Source of the DNA: Candidatus Woesearchaeota archaeon
GTDB taxonomy: Archaea > Nanobdellota > Nanobdellia > Woesearchaeales > UBA11576
Assembly (NCBI GenBank): GCA_013203345.1
Contig: JABMQF010000032.1
Location: 1 to 52,657, forward strand
DNA: 52,657 bases
Direction: 5' to 3'
This document shows, in pieces, positions 36,817 through 48,013 of the stretch. Numbering within the stretch: the stretch's first letter is position 1; the number at the start of each line of letters is the position of its first letter. The translations under genes were made by a program, and so were the position numbers. The notes under the pieces were generated by a model. The model ran no database searches and was not told the DNA's origin. It was given only the letters and a program-made list of their open reading frames with translations.

Positions 36817-38291
36817 GGAGCAATAATAACACTGAACAGAGAAGCATGAAAAATGCCGCTAAGATATTCATAGTACTTCTCCTTGCAGTGGTTCTCACAT
36901 CTGTCTTATCAACAATTGTACAAGCAGGTCCGTTTGATAGTTTGCGTACTGGTTGGAGCCAGATAAGATTCTTTGTGTTCAGTGCAGCATTCTGGATAAA
37001 CAGCTTGATTGTTTTCGGTGCTGCTTTCCTTGGATTCATTCTGTTACTAAAAGACAAGCTTGGCAGCGACAACACACAGAAAATAGTGATGTACATAATA
37101 ATAGGCATAGTCGCTTTGATTACAGCATCAAAGATTGTAGCAGATACTGGTCAGCCTGTTTATCTGTGGGAAAAAGAATCTTTTGCTGCAGGACTAAGGT
37201 TCCTGATTGGACCAAGTCCATCAATGGAATCTTGTCGTGCTGATGGACCTTCAATGTTCAGGTCATGGCTATCAATCGATCCCAATCCTCCATGCTGTGG
37301 TGCAGGCGCTTATTATACTGACATCCAGGGCGAACGCGTATGCCGCCAGGCTATATTCAGAACTAATGAACAAGGTACAGGTCTACCCGCATTCATTGCC
37401 GCTGGATTGTTGCTGTTCTTGCTGCTTCACATATCACGTGGCGCGCTTGGGCTTGAAGGTCTGGGTGACAGTGGAAGCAAATGGTTCACAATAATACTAT
37501 CAGGCTTCCTCGCGGCTTTAATAGCTCATCAGCGTGTGAGCCGTAGCGCAGTACTGATTGTTGCCGGCTGGATAGCAGTCTTTATGATAGGAAGAAAACT
37601 ATCAGGCACAATGGGTGAAGGTGATCCTCAAGGTCTGCGTCGTGGCTTTGCATTTGGTCTTGCTTTTGCTCTTGTCACGTTGATACTGAACATGCTCGGC
37701 ACATCATTGTTTGGAGCAGTAAGAGCATCAGGTGAAATAACACTCATGACAATAGGCATCAACATATTCTGGGGCATAATCATAGGATATATTTACGGAG
37801 CACTAGTCGGAGATGGCCTGTTAGGCACAATAATGCAAAGTATGGGTGAGGAAAAAAGAGCCAAGATTGAATCTCTGTGTGACCGTGCCAGAGATGATGG
37901 TAAGTTCAGAGACTATGGACGAGCTTTCCTTTCAGGACTGCCACTAATAGGTAGGTTTGTCGCGAAACCAGGCGCCACAAGAATCAGGAATACTAACCGA
38001 AGACGTGAAGACAGGATGGCAGAACAAATTGTTCATCTTGAAGAACAGTACAACAACGCAGTCACACAGGGAAGGCATGCTGACTCGTTAAGGATAGCTG
38101 AACAGCTAAACCGTTGGAAAGACTCTTACAGAAGATTACTAGCAGAAGGTGAAAGACCAGACGATGATGAACCTGGAACGCATCCAGGTGGAACAGATGA
38201 TGAATCTGAACCACATCCAGGTGGAACCGATGAAGAAAGACACCCACCTCCTCCACCAATAAGAGGATCCCCAGACCTACCACCATTATAG
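36813..38291 (+). CDS. Polytopic membrane protein with small Cys loop and acidic/Pro-rich tail
   Basis: About 9-10 hydrophobic segments; PPCCGAG loop; HPGGTD x2; SD GGAGG. Confidence 0.85.
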   Translation: MRSNNNTEQRSMKNAAKIFIVLLLAVVLTSVLSTIVQAGPFDSLRTGWSQIRFFVFSAAFWINSLIVFGAAFLGFILLLKDKLGSDNTQKIVMYIIIGIVALITASKIVADTGQPVYLWEKESFAAGLRFLIGPSPSMESCRADGPSMFRSWLSIDPNPPCCGAGAYYTDIQGERVCRQAIFRTNEQGTGLPAFIAAGLLLFLLLHISRGALGLEGLGDSGSKWFTIILSGFLAALIAHQRVSRSAVLIVAGWIAVFMIGRKLSGTMGEGDPQGLRRGFAFGLAFALVTLILNMLGTSLFGAVRASGEITLMTIGINIFWGIIIGYIYGALVGDGLLGTIMQSMGEEKRAKIESLCDRARDDGKFRDYGRAFLSGLPLIGRFVAKPGATRIRNTNRRREDRMAEQIVHLEEQYNNAVTQGRHADSLRIAEQLNRWKDSYRRLLAEGERPDDDEPGTHPGGTDDESEPHPGGTDEERHPPPPPIRGSPDLPPL

Positions 38292-38294
38292 ACA

Positions 38295-39944
38295 ATGAAC
38301 TCGAATAAAATTCAAGATTGGATGAAGAAAGCGTTGTTTGTAGTCGAGACTACGCAATCCATACTGGATTTGAGAAATGATCTAAGACACAAATTCGAGC
38401 AAAGCCCTGAAGGTATGGAGACTCGACAACTCGGAATCATATTATCTCACGTAAATAAACTGGAAAACTTTGAGCATTTCTTCTCTGAGCACTCAGGTCC
38501 TGACGGTCTTGGACAGCACTTAACTTATCTTAAGCAGAACCATATCAAGGCTGACAAAGGCATCCTGAAGATGATGGAAATAATCTCTGAAAAGATGCAG
38601 AATGGAAAACTTCCAAATTGGGAAAAGATAAATCATTTTGTAAAGCTTAAGCAGGAACTCAAGAAAAGACTTCGACTAAAACGCGATGTGCACGAATTTG
38701 TCAGAGAATTAGACTCTGCTCTTATGATGCTCTATCCAGAAAAGTATCCTAATGTACCGATAGTGAAAGAACTAAGAGAGCACAGCAAAAAGACAAAGAT
38801 GATCAGAAAGATTTGGCATTACGAGGCTGTTGTCAGTGCATGGAAGATTCTTTTCAAAAGATTTTACATGCCTTTCGATCCAAAACAATATAACCTGTCT
38901 GCTTTTGCGCATTCCATAGATGAAAATGTATGTATACGCGCAATAGCTCACGGATTGCACATGCAAGAGGATGAAATACGTGAAGAACTCAGAAAACTAT
39001 TCCCTTCAGCAAATTTCGAGAATAACAACCTGGAAAATGTGCAGTCATTTGTTAAATCAGCAAAAAAGAACAGTCTTGTAAAAATTCTGAACGAATTTGG
39101 TAAGGAGAAGAACGCAAAAGCATTCGTCAATCTTTTCAGTCACGGCGCTGCACGACCTGATGTTGCTATACAGATATACAATAAGTGGCTCAGCCCTCTT
39201 ATTAGTGAAGAAAAAAAGAAGAATATAGAACTTGAAGCTGTAAAAGAGTTTTATTCACTTATGAATGAGACAATAGACAGCTTTGAAAAACCAGTCTATG
39301 ATCTGAGTAAAAAACTCCAGTCAAAGATAAGCCGCAGGATAAAGACAGTCAAAATACGGCGCGCTAAAGATCTTTCAAAGACAGAAGAATTTACAGATGA
39401 ACTAATCAACAATGACAAGAAGTTACTCACTAGCATAACAGCAGGAACAAATTGTGTGAATGAAATACAAAAAAACAATGTAAAAAAATCAGAAGCATCT
39501 TCGAGATTGATTCTTTCAACTATGATAATCAATGCTAACGCAGCATTGAGTGAATACGAAATCAAAAACAATCAAGAAAATAAATTAGATGTAAACGAAC
39601 TCAATGTTAAGCTTCACAAGCTAATCAAAGAAGCAAAAGATCACGAACCCATGGCAATATCAACCTATTTCGAAAGGACTGTCCATTACATGCACTCTTT
39701 GACAATGCAGGGTAAGTCAAATGAACGTAATGATTTTGTCGCAAAAATGACTAAAGATGATACTCCTACAAAAGTTATCCAATCTGTCAATAAAGAAATC
39801 AAAAAGAAAGAATCAATTTTAGAAAGTGTTGCTGAAATGCTGAACCGTCTCACTAAACAGGGAAATGGTATTGCTCTTAAATCAGATAAGTTGAAAGAAG
39901 AGATAGTAAAAAACAAAGATAGAGGTACAAGACCACATGCATGA
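38295..39944 (+). CDS. Soluble alpha-helical hypothetical protein
   Basis: 549 aa, K/E-rich, no TM; coupled to both neighbours. Confidence 0.8.
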   Translation: MNSNKIQDWMKKALFVVETTQSILDLRNDLRHKFEQSPEGMETRQLGIILSHVNKLENFEHFFSEHSGPDGLGQHLTYLKQNHIKADKGILKMMEIISEKMQNGKLPNWEKINHFVKLKQELKKRLRLKRDVHEFVRELDSALMMLYPEKYPNVPIVKELREHSKKTKMIRKIWHYEAVVSAWKILFKRFYMPFDPKQYNLSAFAHSIDENVCIRAIAHGLHMQEDEIREELRKLFPSANFENNNLENVQSFVKSAKKNSLVKILNEFGKEKNAKAFVNLFSHGAARPDVAIQIYNKWLSPLISEEKKKNIELEAVKEFYSLMNETIDSFEKPVYDLSKKLQSKISRRIKTVKIRRAKDLSKTEEFTDELINNDKKLLTSITAGTNCVNEIQKNNVKKSEASSRLILSTMIINANAALSEYEIKNNQENKLDVNELNVKLHKLIKEAKDHEPMAISTYFERTVHYMHSLTMQGKSNERNDFVAKMTKDDTPTKVIQSVNKEIKKKESILESVAEMLNRLTKQGNGIALKSDKLKEEIVKNKDRGTRPHA

Positions 39945-42081
39945 TAAAATGATTACAGGAAAGAGAATATGCACTCTTCTGTTAATCATAGTTCTCGCTA
40001 TCCTCGTCACTGAACCTGTAATGGCAGGTGCTATTGGTGACAGTCTAAGGTCTGCAGGAAACAGCATAAATTCTTTCTTCAGTGAGTATGCATCTGATCC
40101 GAATCCTTCATTGATTGATTTCGTGATTTTCTCAGCGATATTCATCGCGCTTTGCTATATTGGTTTCAGCAAGGTATTCACTGACGCGAAGAACGCAGTG
40201 ACTGTGCTAAGTATTTCTGTCGGTCTGGCTTTGAGTATTGGTCTGGTATTTGGCGGCCAGATTACATTGAAGAAGCTTATGCCTTTTGCAGGAATAATTC
40301 TTTTCCTCATAATTATCGTATTGATCTATGCACTAATGAAGAGGTTTGTGTTTTCATCAGACACTGCAGGGAGTAAGATACTTTCTGCAGTGATAGCAAT
40401 AGTGGTTTCAATATTGATTCTGATTCTTGCATGGAACATGATTTGCGCTAATGAAAGATGTGAAGGCAATCCGTTCGCAAGGATTTCATTAGGTTCTAAT
40501 TCTATAATAGGTCGCATCATAGGAGGTTTTGATGACCTCACCGAATGGGGACCAGATCCAAGTCATGTCCCTCCAGGCAGGTACAGTCCAGGAGATATTG
40601 CCAGTTGCGGTGATGGTAGGATTGATTCGAATGAATTCTGTGATACAGGTCAAAGAGCAAATGTTTCTGAACAAGGTTGTAACGAAGATGAACGTTGTGA
40701 TAATTGTGCCAGGTGTATATCAAACTCAACAGCAGGAACAACACTTGATTTCTTAGGTGATAATTACTTGTGGATAATATTGATTGTCCTGTTCCTGATA
40801 GTTTTCAATGTTATCATGTTCAAAAATAAAACGATTCGCGACAACATGGATAAATGGTTGCGACGCAAACCTCACAAAAAAGAGATTGACGCAATGAACA
40901 GGTTGTTGGGAAAACTAGACAGGCACGAAAAACAAGTTAGTAATAACATTGCACAGCTTATTCAGAACATCAGATCAGAAAAACAGCCTATGGACTTATT
41001 CACAACAACAATTATTGATAATCTGACCAAGGATATCAAAGATACTATAGGCGGCACCATGCAGCAGGTGCAGGATGCAGAAAGAGCAGGATTAAATGAT
41101 AATATTAACACACTTAAGAACTTAAACCAAAGTGAGTCAAACATCTCTCGCAACATAATCGCAGATATCATGAGACAGGAGATAAGGGATATTGACAATG
41201 AAATAAGGGGTTACAGGCAAGTATATGATAAACTTAACCAAATAGAGAATGTGGCTCAGCATTTCGACGAGAATTCAAGGATAATGGAATCATTCGGCCA
41301 TTACAATTTCCGCGAGCAGGGAGTTATTGAAAAAATGAAGCAGGAGCTTACTGAAAACTCTGCTCAGTTCGATAATATCGCAAATATTTGTGATGGTATG
41401 CACACTTTGCTGGAAAAAGAGCAACACATTGTTAAGAATATAGCGAAAGGAAGAGATGTGGAAAATTATTCTTATGTTGTGAAAAAAATAAAGGAAATAA
41501 GAGGTTATACTCTCAAGCTGAAACAGCTTTTCGGCAGTAAAGTAACTCTATTGAGACATCTTGTAAGAAACATGGAGCATCTCAAGCAGGAAGTTGAAAC
41601 ACTTCATACTGTTGAGGTTGAGAGCATAAAGGGATTAAGAGATGGTGCTGTTCGTTCAAAAGATGCTGAGCTATTCGACCAGGCAGTCTATTTTGCGGCT
41701 CATGTCATAGAGAACGCACACTACCTAAACCATTGCCAGCTTGACGAACAATCAAGGTTGAATTTACAGACCTGGGAAAATGAAGCTAAAGATGTGTTAA
41801 GAGAATGCCTTCCAAAAGTGATAAAGTCCATAGCCCCGGGCGTTGTTGAAGATCTTTGGTATGGTACAGCCCTTCCAATAAAAAAATACAAAAGAGCAAA
41901 AGCGAGTTTGAAACATATTAAGACTATTGATTACATCAACGATGATGCAAAAAATGACCTACGCATTGAGTTCACAGAATACAGCAGACAAGTAAGCGCA
42001 TTGAACGAATATGTAGAAAGATGGGCAACTGCTGGCCGAATAAGAGACCAGATACTCAGGATATTAGGTTTAATACCTTAG
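39937..42081 (+). CDS. Membrane protein: TM block, DUF4215/myxobacterial-type Cys repeat, TM, helical cytoplasmic domain
   Basis: LIDFVIFSAIF block; CGDGRIDSNEFCD; YLWIILIVLFLIV; coiled C-terminus. Confidence 0.85.
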   Translation: MHDKMITGKRICTLLLIIVLAILVTEPVMAGAIGDSLRSAGNSINSFFSEYASDPNPSLIDFVIFSAIFIALCYIGFSKVFTDAKNAVTVLSISVGLALSIGLVFGGQITLKKLMPFAGIILFLIIIVLIYALMKRFVFSSDTAGSKILSAVIAIVVSILILILAWNMICANERCEGNPFARISLGSNSIIGRIIGGFDDLTEWGPDPSHVPPGRYSPGDIASCGDGRIDSNEFCDTGQRANVSEQGCNEDERCDNCARCISNSTAGTTLDFLGDNYLWIILIVLFLIVFNVIMFKNKTIRDNMDKWLRRKPHKKEIDAMNRLLGKLDRHEKQVSNNIAQLIQNIRSEKQPMDLFTTTIIDNLTKDIKDTIGGTMQQVQDAERAGLNDNINTLKNLNQSESNISRNIIADIMRQEIRDIDNEIRGYRQVYDKLNQIENVAQHFDENSRIMESFGHYNFREQGVIEKMKQELTENSAQFDNIANICDGMHTLLEKEQHIVKNIAKGRDVENYSYVVKKIKEIRGYTLKLKQLFGSKVTLLRHLVRNMEHLKQEVETLHTVEVESIKGLRDGAVRSKDAELFDQAVYFAAHVIENAHYLNHCQLDEQSRLNLQTWENEAKDVLRECLPKVIKSIAPGVVEDLWYGTALPIKKYKRAKASLKHIKTIDYINDDAKNDLRIEFTEYSRQVSALNEYVERWATAGRIRDQILRILGLIP

Positions 42082-42107
42082 GATATTAAGTTTAATCAGG
42101 TGTTATT

Positions 42108-43256
42108 ATGGCTGAAAAGAAAAAAATACTGACAGAAGATGAAAGACGTGAGGTGATAAAGCTCCTCAAGGATTATGAAAAAGAAATGAATAATCTAAAT
42201 AATTCTTTTGATAATCTCAAGAAACACGTCGATTTAAGTGATGATAAGAGTAATAGTTTTACTAAAAAAGGAAAAGAAGAACTTGAATCCACTGAGACTA
42301 AAGCTCAATTAGGCATAGCAAATTCTTTTGTCAATGATGCTCGCAATAACCCTAAAAAGAAAGAGATGTATCTGAAACAAGCAATTAAGATTCTAAAAAA
42401 CAAGCCCAACTCTTCAGAAGCAGATGAAAAAAAGAGTCTAATAACAGAACTAACTGCAAAGATGAACCAAGGCAAAGAAACGCCTGAAGAAAAAACAGAA
42501 CCAATCACTAAAAAAGAGTTTGATGAATGGATAAAAAACAATCCCTTTATCAACTCAACAGCAAAATTAGAAGATACATTATCCAATTTGCATGACGATG
42601 AGTCTTTTAATAATACAATAAAGGAAATTAACAGCACCCTATATAAAAGCCGTAGTGCGGCAAACCGTAATCAAGTTATTAGTTGGCTGATAGAAAAAAT
42701 TGATGAAAAGATTGAATATATAAAAAATATGGATAAGAGTCCCGACAACATACATCAGGAGACTTTGGGCAAGCTGGATAATTTCTACAAACATATCAAA
42801 ATGCAATTAGAGCAGCAGCGTGACGCAAGCAGTACTGAAACATCCACGACAGATACAACAACTGAACCAAAACAAAGACCTGAACCAATTTTAATAAAAG
42901 AACATGGTCCAGAAGAACTTGCAAATCTCGGATCTAACACTAAAGATAAAGACGATGTTGAAGCGTTAATCAACAGCAACGCGATAATCAATCCTAAAGC
43001 CAGCATCGCAGAGTCAAAAAATACATTTGCATCTGGTACTGAAAAATTTGAATTAAAAAAGAGTATGGAAGATTTTCTTCAGAAAAGTTCCACAGATAAT
43101 ACCATCAAACAAGTGAAAACACAAATTACCAATGCAATCTCAAGTAAAATTAAAAAATTAGAAAATGAAATGAAAACCGACAATTCTAAAGAACTCGAGA
43201 ACCTTATAGAATATCTCAAACAACAAAAAAAGTTTATCAATAAGTTCAAAGGATAA
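42108..43256 (+). CDS. Soluble charged helical hypothetical protein
   Basis: 382 aa, K/E/N-rich, Thr-rich linker. Confidence 0.75.
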   Translation: MAEKKKILTEDERREVIKLLKDYEKEMNNLNNSFDNLKKHVDLSDDKSNSFTKKGKEELESTETKAQLGIANSFVNDARNNPKKKEMYLKQAIKILKNKPNSSEADEKKSLITELTAKMNQGKETPEEKTEPITKKEFDEWIKNNPFINSTAKLEDTLSNLHDDESFNNTIKEINSTLYKSRSAANRNQVISWLIEKIDEKIEYIKNMDKSPDNIHQETLGKLDNFYKHIKMQLEQQRDASSTETSTTDTTTEPKQRPEPILIKEHGPEELANLGSNTKDKDDVEALINSNAIINPKASIAESKNTFASGTEKFELKKSMEDFLQKSSTDNTIKQVKTQITNAISSKIKKLENEMKTDNSKELENLIEYLKQQKKFINKFKG

Positions 43257-43260
43257 TAAT

Positions 43261-46200
43261 ATGATTACAAAAAACAAAGTAGGATTATATGGAGTGTTCT
43301 GGGTATTCATAGGAATAGTTGCAATCCTACAGTTCTCAAAAGGAATAAATGGAGTGGTTACTGGAACAGGCATCATTTCTGTAGGTTTAGTCATATTTTC
43401 TGTATTTGTTATTTTCATAAAACCTAAAGTAAGGATATTCAAGGAGCTTCTTGACATAAAAGAGGAAGAGTTTGATGCTGATGACTTAAGCAAATCATAT
43501 CAATCAATCAAACAGCATGGCAGCAAGACAATCAAAGCAGTCAAAGGAGTAAAAGAAAATATTCCTGACATCTCATCAAAGATTCGCCAAACATGTTCAA
43601 CATTAAAAACTAAACTGACTTCTAAACAAGCAAGAAAAGAGACTGTGGGAGAACAGATAAATGCTGTTGCGGAAGTAACACAAGAAGTTGAAAAAACTCT
43701 AGAAGAGCTTGCCGAAAGCACTGACCAAAGATCTGCCACGGGAAAGTTGCTTTCTGTACTTATCGGAGAACTCGAAGCAGAACATAAGGAAGTCGCTTCA
43801 AAAATAGAGGAATTGCAGGATAACAAAGAGGATTTCGGCAGGATAGAACAATTACTAAAAGATAATCTCGAAAGGTGCAGAAAAGTATTGACAAGTGAAG
43901 ACCTTGAAGTGAAAATAAGAGAACTCCATGGCGTAGAAGAGCTGATTGCCAGGGAGCGCGAAGAAAAGATTGATGATAAGCTTCAAAAAGAATTGATTGT
44001 TGCAGAACAGCAAAGTCATTATCTTAAGAAGTTGCAAAAACGCACCCATAGCACAATAAAACAACTACAGGCAGCAATACATCCTGACGGGAGAGATAAA
44101 AATTATCAGGAAATGCAGGCTCGTCTTGACAATATGGAGACTATTTCTGATTCTCTCGCTACTGTCGCAGAAGATCACGCCAAACTCGTGATGAATATAA
44201 TACAGAGTATGAGAAATGCTGATAGGCAGGTTCAGCAATTACACCTTCTCGAACTTCAACAGGAAAAAAATAAACACATAGGGCTTGCAGAAAACGCCAA
44301 ATTAAGAGTTATAGAAGCAGACAAAAAAGCAGAGGACTTCTCTAAAATATTGCGTTCATCACAGGCTGAAAATACTGAACTGAAAAAAAGAGTGGACGAA
44401 CTTTTCAGTAGTGTTGCCAGAGCAAACATGAATCTGAATGCTTGGAGAAAAGATCTGAAAACCGCTAAAGAAGCGATTAAAGGTGACAAAGATCTTGAAA
44501 CACTTCTCGCAAATCTCAACACCACTGATTCGAACAAGAAGATAGACCTCATAAACAGGCTTGTGAAAGCAGTTATTGCCAGTGACGAAAATGCGTCAAA
44601 CATGCTGGAAAGCAAGGCAGCTGCAGAAGCTCAGGTAAATGAACTCAATCGTAAGGTTGCGGCACTTAAAGAAGAGAAGAATAATACTGAGAATGCGCTT
44701 TCTGCGGCAAAAGAAGAAAATAAAGAGTTCAGAAGAAATATTATCAGAAAAGAGGAAATGATCTCTGAAATCAATCTTAACTTCAGTAAAGAAGTAGATG
44801 ACGAAACAAGGAAAAGATATGGGGAAGAACTCGAAAAACTAGGAAAAGAAAAACAGGAAATGCAGATTAAATTAAGAGAATCTACTAATGATTGCAGCAT
44901 ACGTGCAAAAGAGATTGAGGAAGTTAAGAGCAGTCTTGCAGCATCACAAGAAAAAGTAAAGGCTCTTGAGCCGCAATTGTCAGACCTAACACGAGAAACA
45001 AAAGATGCTTTGAAACAGAAAGATAATGTCCAGGCTGAACTCAAAAGGATACAAAAAGAGTTCGCTGACCAAAAAGATGATCTAACAAAAAAGATTTCTG
45101 AACTTGAAGAAAAGATTGTCGAAGAACGTAAAAGATTCAAAAAAGCTCAAGAAGAAAAAAATAGACTATCAGAACAAGCTGATAAATCGCATAAAGCTGT
45201 TCAGGAACAAGAAAATAGAACATCTCTTGCATGGGACGCGACAAAAAGATTGGAAGAACAGAAGAAAGAGCACATGCACGTGATATCCGAGATGCACAAA
45301 CTTGTTGAAAAAGAAAGAAAAAATAATGACAATCTGCACACAGCAATATCTGAAGCAAATATCGAATCGCGAAAAGCACTAAGACATCTTAACGGTCTTA
45401 AGCAGATATATGCCCAAGAGCTTAGTACAGGCCATTTACAAGCCGAAGAGTTGACAACAACTAATCTAGAATTCGAGAGAAATATACGAAATTTAGAAGA
45501 TAGTTTGATGACGCTAAAAGACAGAAAGCTCCAGCTTGAATCACTTCCCGAAGATAGGATAGATACTTCGACTGAAGATGAAATAAAGGATTTCATACAT
45601 GAAATAGCTGAACTAACAAAAGCTATCAAAGAGGATAAAAAAGATCTTGGAAAGAGCAAAGAGCTGGCAAGGTCGATGGAAGAAAGGGCAGAACATGCTG
45701 AAGAAAGAATCAATATTATAGAAGAAGAAAGATTGCAGGTATTCCAGGATCTAGAATCATCTAACGCAGAACTTGAGAACCTACGAAAAAATAATGAAGC
45801 AGATACTGCAAGACACCACGAAGAGGTTGACAAGCTTCAAGGAAAAATATTAGAGCTTGAAGCAAACATAGAAAATATTCAAGAAAGTATCAAAAATGCA
45901 AGCTCTGTGATTGATAATGCAGAAGAGATTGAACATCGTGAACAAGAACTCGCAGAACTTATCGATGAATACAAAGAACTCATAAGCAAAAGGACTCAAG
46001 TGCAGGAACTAACAGTAAGAAGGGTTCACGCTCTGCGAAAAATACAAACAGACTATCAGAATAATGTGAAAGAGACAGAGCAGCTCAGTGAGGAAAAAGC
46101 AATTCTTGAGAGCGAACTGGAAGAAGCAAAACGTAGGGAAAATAATCTACTTAATGAAAATAAAAGACTCATCGATGAGGAAAACGTAATAAAAACTATT

Positions 46201-47868
46201 GAGCTAGTGCCTAAAGAACTTGAAGAATTAAAAGAAAAGCTGAGAACAACTGAAGAAGAACTCAAGAATACTCAAGCAAGCAGGGGACAGCTCAAAGAAG
46301 TTATTAATGCTGCAGCAGAACGAATTCATCAGCTTGAGTCAACACAGCAAGTATTAAAACCAATCATAGATGTTGATATTACATCAAAAACAGCGGATAT
46401 GAGACAAAAAGTTGAAGAAGAACTTCAAATAAGCATAAACACAAAGATTACATTAGAGGTGCTTGATAGAGTTATCAGATTAAAAGATACCAATCCCTCC
46501 AAGACAATTGAATTGATTGATGACTCACTACCACACATGATGCAATTTGATAAGAATGTTAACATGCATGAAGAGGAAAAATCAATTCTCACAAATACTA
46601 TTTCTAGATTGCAGGAAATCAAATCAGTTCTAGAGACAAGTATTGCGATGGCTCATCCAATCGTTGCAAAACCGATTGTGATAGCAATAGGTGATGTACA
46701 TGGTGATTGGAAAAAATTAAAAGAAGTGATGAACAAAGCAGGCGTACTTGAAGGCGATAGGTGGAGCGCACCAAAAGGAACAAAGGTTGTTCTACTTGGA
46801 GATTACATAGACAGAGGTGAAGAGACCTTTGAAGTGCTCTACCAGCTCATGAAACTCAAACAAAAAGCAGGGGAACAGCTAGTCATGCTCATCGGAAACC
46901 ACGAGGCTATGTTCCTCGGAGCATTCGACTGGGAAGGTTTTGATAAACCAAAGATATTTGAGAGTTATTTAGCAGAGGAACAAAGCTTTGAGCAAAACAC
47001 CAATGGAGAAGAAGATGCAGTCAGGCAATGGAATTTCAACAACACGACTCATAAATTCAGGCAACTTTATCTGAGGCTTAGAAAGTTGAAGATCAGCTGG
47101 TTAGGCAATGAGTTGATAAAAAATAAGAACACAGGCCTTCCTTTGTATAATGAGCAGGGTGAAGTGCAAAGCCATGTGTTGAACTCCCTGGGATTAAACT
47201 TCAATGATTTGCTGAAAGATTCGCGCCTTATCTTCAAAACATCCTACAAGGATATCCCTATGAAAAAATATATTGAGTTCCTAAGAAAAAACCTTGTAAG
47301 TCATTATATGGATGATAACTACAAAGTCCTCTTTGTTCATGCAGGAATTCCATTCCATGCAGATAACATGGAAGATCTAAGTGACAATCCGCTTATTAGA
47401 ACACCTGGCGATTTCGTGAATAGGCAAGAGCTGAACAAGCTACTGGCAGATCTGGATAATAGAATCAAAAAGAAGGATATAAACTTCATGATAACCGCCA
47501 CAGAGCTTTCACCACTTACTGCAGCCGAACCAGTCAAAAGGTCGTATGAATGGTACGATATCTACAAAAAGTATTGGAAAAAGAGTTCGGAAGAGAACGA
47601 AGCAAGGATAAGCAGTTTGATATCAGATTCATTGAAATTCTCTGCTGTTGTTCATGGACACTCGCGACACAGACCAAATGAAGACAATCTGCAATCCTGG
47701 TATACCCACAATAACAGGATAAGAAGAGAATACAATATTGATTTCGGCATGTCCAAAGGATATAAAACAAGCCCTGGCGGATGGCTTGTGTTAAACAACA
47801 ATAAAACAATAGATGTAAACATCATAACTGATACAGATGTCAATAAGTACACTTACAAACTAGAATGA
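43261..47868 (+). CDS. Membrane-anchored long coiled-coil protein with C-terminal PPP-family (Shewanella-like) metallophosphatase
   Basis: 2 N-terminal TMs; ~1000-aa heptad-rich stalk; GDVHG, LGDYIDRG, GNHE, VHAG, HGHS, IDFGMS. Confidence 0.9.
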   Translation: MITKNKVGLYGVFWVFIGIVAILQFSKGINGVVTGTGIISVGLVIFSVFVIFIKPKVRIFKELLDIKEEEFDADDLSKSYQSIKQHGSKTIKAVKGVKENIPDISSKIRQTCSTLKTKLTSKQARKETVGEQINAVAEVTQEVEKTLEELAESTDQRSATGKLLSVLIGELEAEHKEVASKIEELQDNKEDFGRIEQLLKDNLERCRKVLTSEDLEVKIRELHGVEELIAREREEKIDDKLQKELIVAEQQSHYLKKLQKRTHSTIKQLQAAIHPDGRDKNYQEMQARLDNMETISDSLATVAEDHAKLVMNIIQSMRNADRQVQQLHLLELQQEKNKHIGLAENAKLRVIEADKKAEDFSKILRSSQAENTELKKRVDELFSSVARANMNLNAWRKDLKTAKEAIKGDKDLETLLANLNTTDSNKKIDLINRLVKAVIASDENASNMLESKAAAEAQVNELNRKVAALKEEKNNTENALSAAKEENKEFRRNIIRKEEMISEINLNFSKEVDDETRKRYGEELEKLGKEKQEMQIKLRESTNDCSIRAKEIEEVKSSLAASQEKVKALEPQLSDLTRETKDALKQKDNVQAELKRIQKEFADQKDDLTKKISELEEKIVEERKRFKKAQEEKNRLSEQADKSHKAVQEQENRTSLAWDATKRLEEQKKEHMHVISEMHKLVEKERKNNDNLHTAISEANIESRKALRHLNGLKQIYAQELSTGHLQAEELTTTNLEFERNIRNLEDSLMTLKDRKLQLESLPEDRIDTSTEDEIKDFIHEIAELTKAIKEDKKDLGKSKELARSMEERAEHAEERINIIEEERLQVFQDLESSNAELENLRKNNEADTARHHEEVDKLQGKILELEANIENIQESIKNASSVIDNAEEIEHREQELAELIDEYKELISKRTQVQELTVRRVHALRKIQTDYQNNVKETEQLSEEKAILESELEEAKRRENNLLNENKRLIDEENVIKTIELVPKELEELKEKLRTTEEELKNTQASRGQLKEVINAAAERIHQLESTQQVLKPIIDVDITSKTADMRQKVEEELQISINTKITLEVLDRVIRLKDTNPSKTIELIDDSLPHMMQFDKNVNMHEEEKSILTNTISRLQEIKSVLETSIAMAHPIVAKPIVIAIGDVHGDWKKLKEVMNKAGVLEGDRWSAPKGTKVVLLGDYIDRGEETFEVLYQLMKLKQKAGEQLVMLIGNHEAMFLGAFDWEGFDKPKIFESYLAEEQSFEQNTNGEEDAVRQWNFNNTTHKFRQLYLRLRKLKISWLGNELIKNKNTGLPLYNEQGEVQSHVLNSLGLNFNDLLKDSRLIFKTSYKDIPMKKYIEFLRKNLVSHYMDDNYKVLFVHAGIPFHADNMEDLSDNPLIRTPGDFVNRQELNKLLADLDNRIKKKDINFMITATELSPLTAAEPVKRSYEWYDIYKKYWKKSSEENEARISSLISDSLKFSAVVHGHSRHRPNEDNLQSWYTHNNRIRREYNIDFGMSKGYKTSPGGWLVLNNNKTIDVNIITDTDVNKYTYKLE

Positions 47869-48013
47869 AATCAATCCAAACAAATTCAAAATACACTATT
47901 GATATATAAACAATTTATAAAAAAAACAAAAACATTATAAACCCAAAATACCCAATCAAGACCCAGGAATTATAAAAGACTGGCGTAAACATAATAAAAG
48001 AAAGAGGAATCTC

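Noticed and set aside
38181-38237. 33-bp-period repeat encoding HPGGTD twice
   Set aside because: Only two copies in a disordered tail; ordinary slippage duplication.
43261-47868. SMC/Rad50-Mre11 fusion
   Set aside because: No Walker A/B, signature motif or zinc hook; it has N-terminal TMs and PPP-type GDxxDRG/GNHE motifs.
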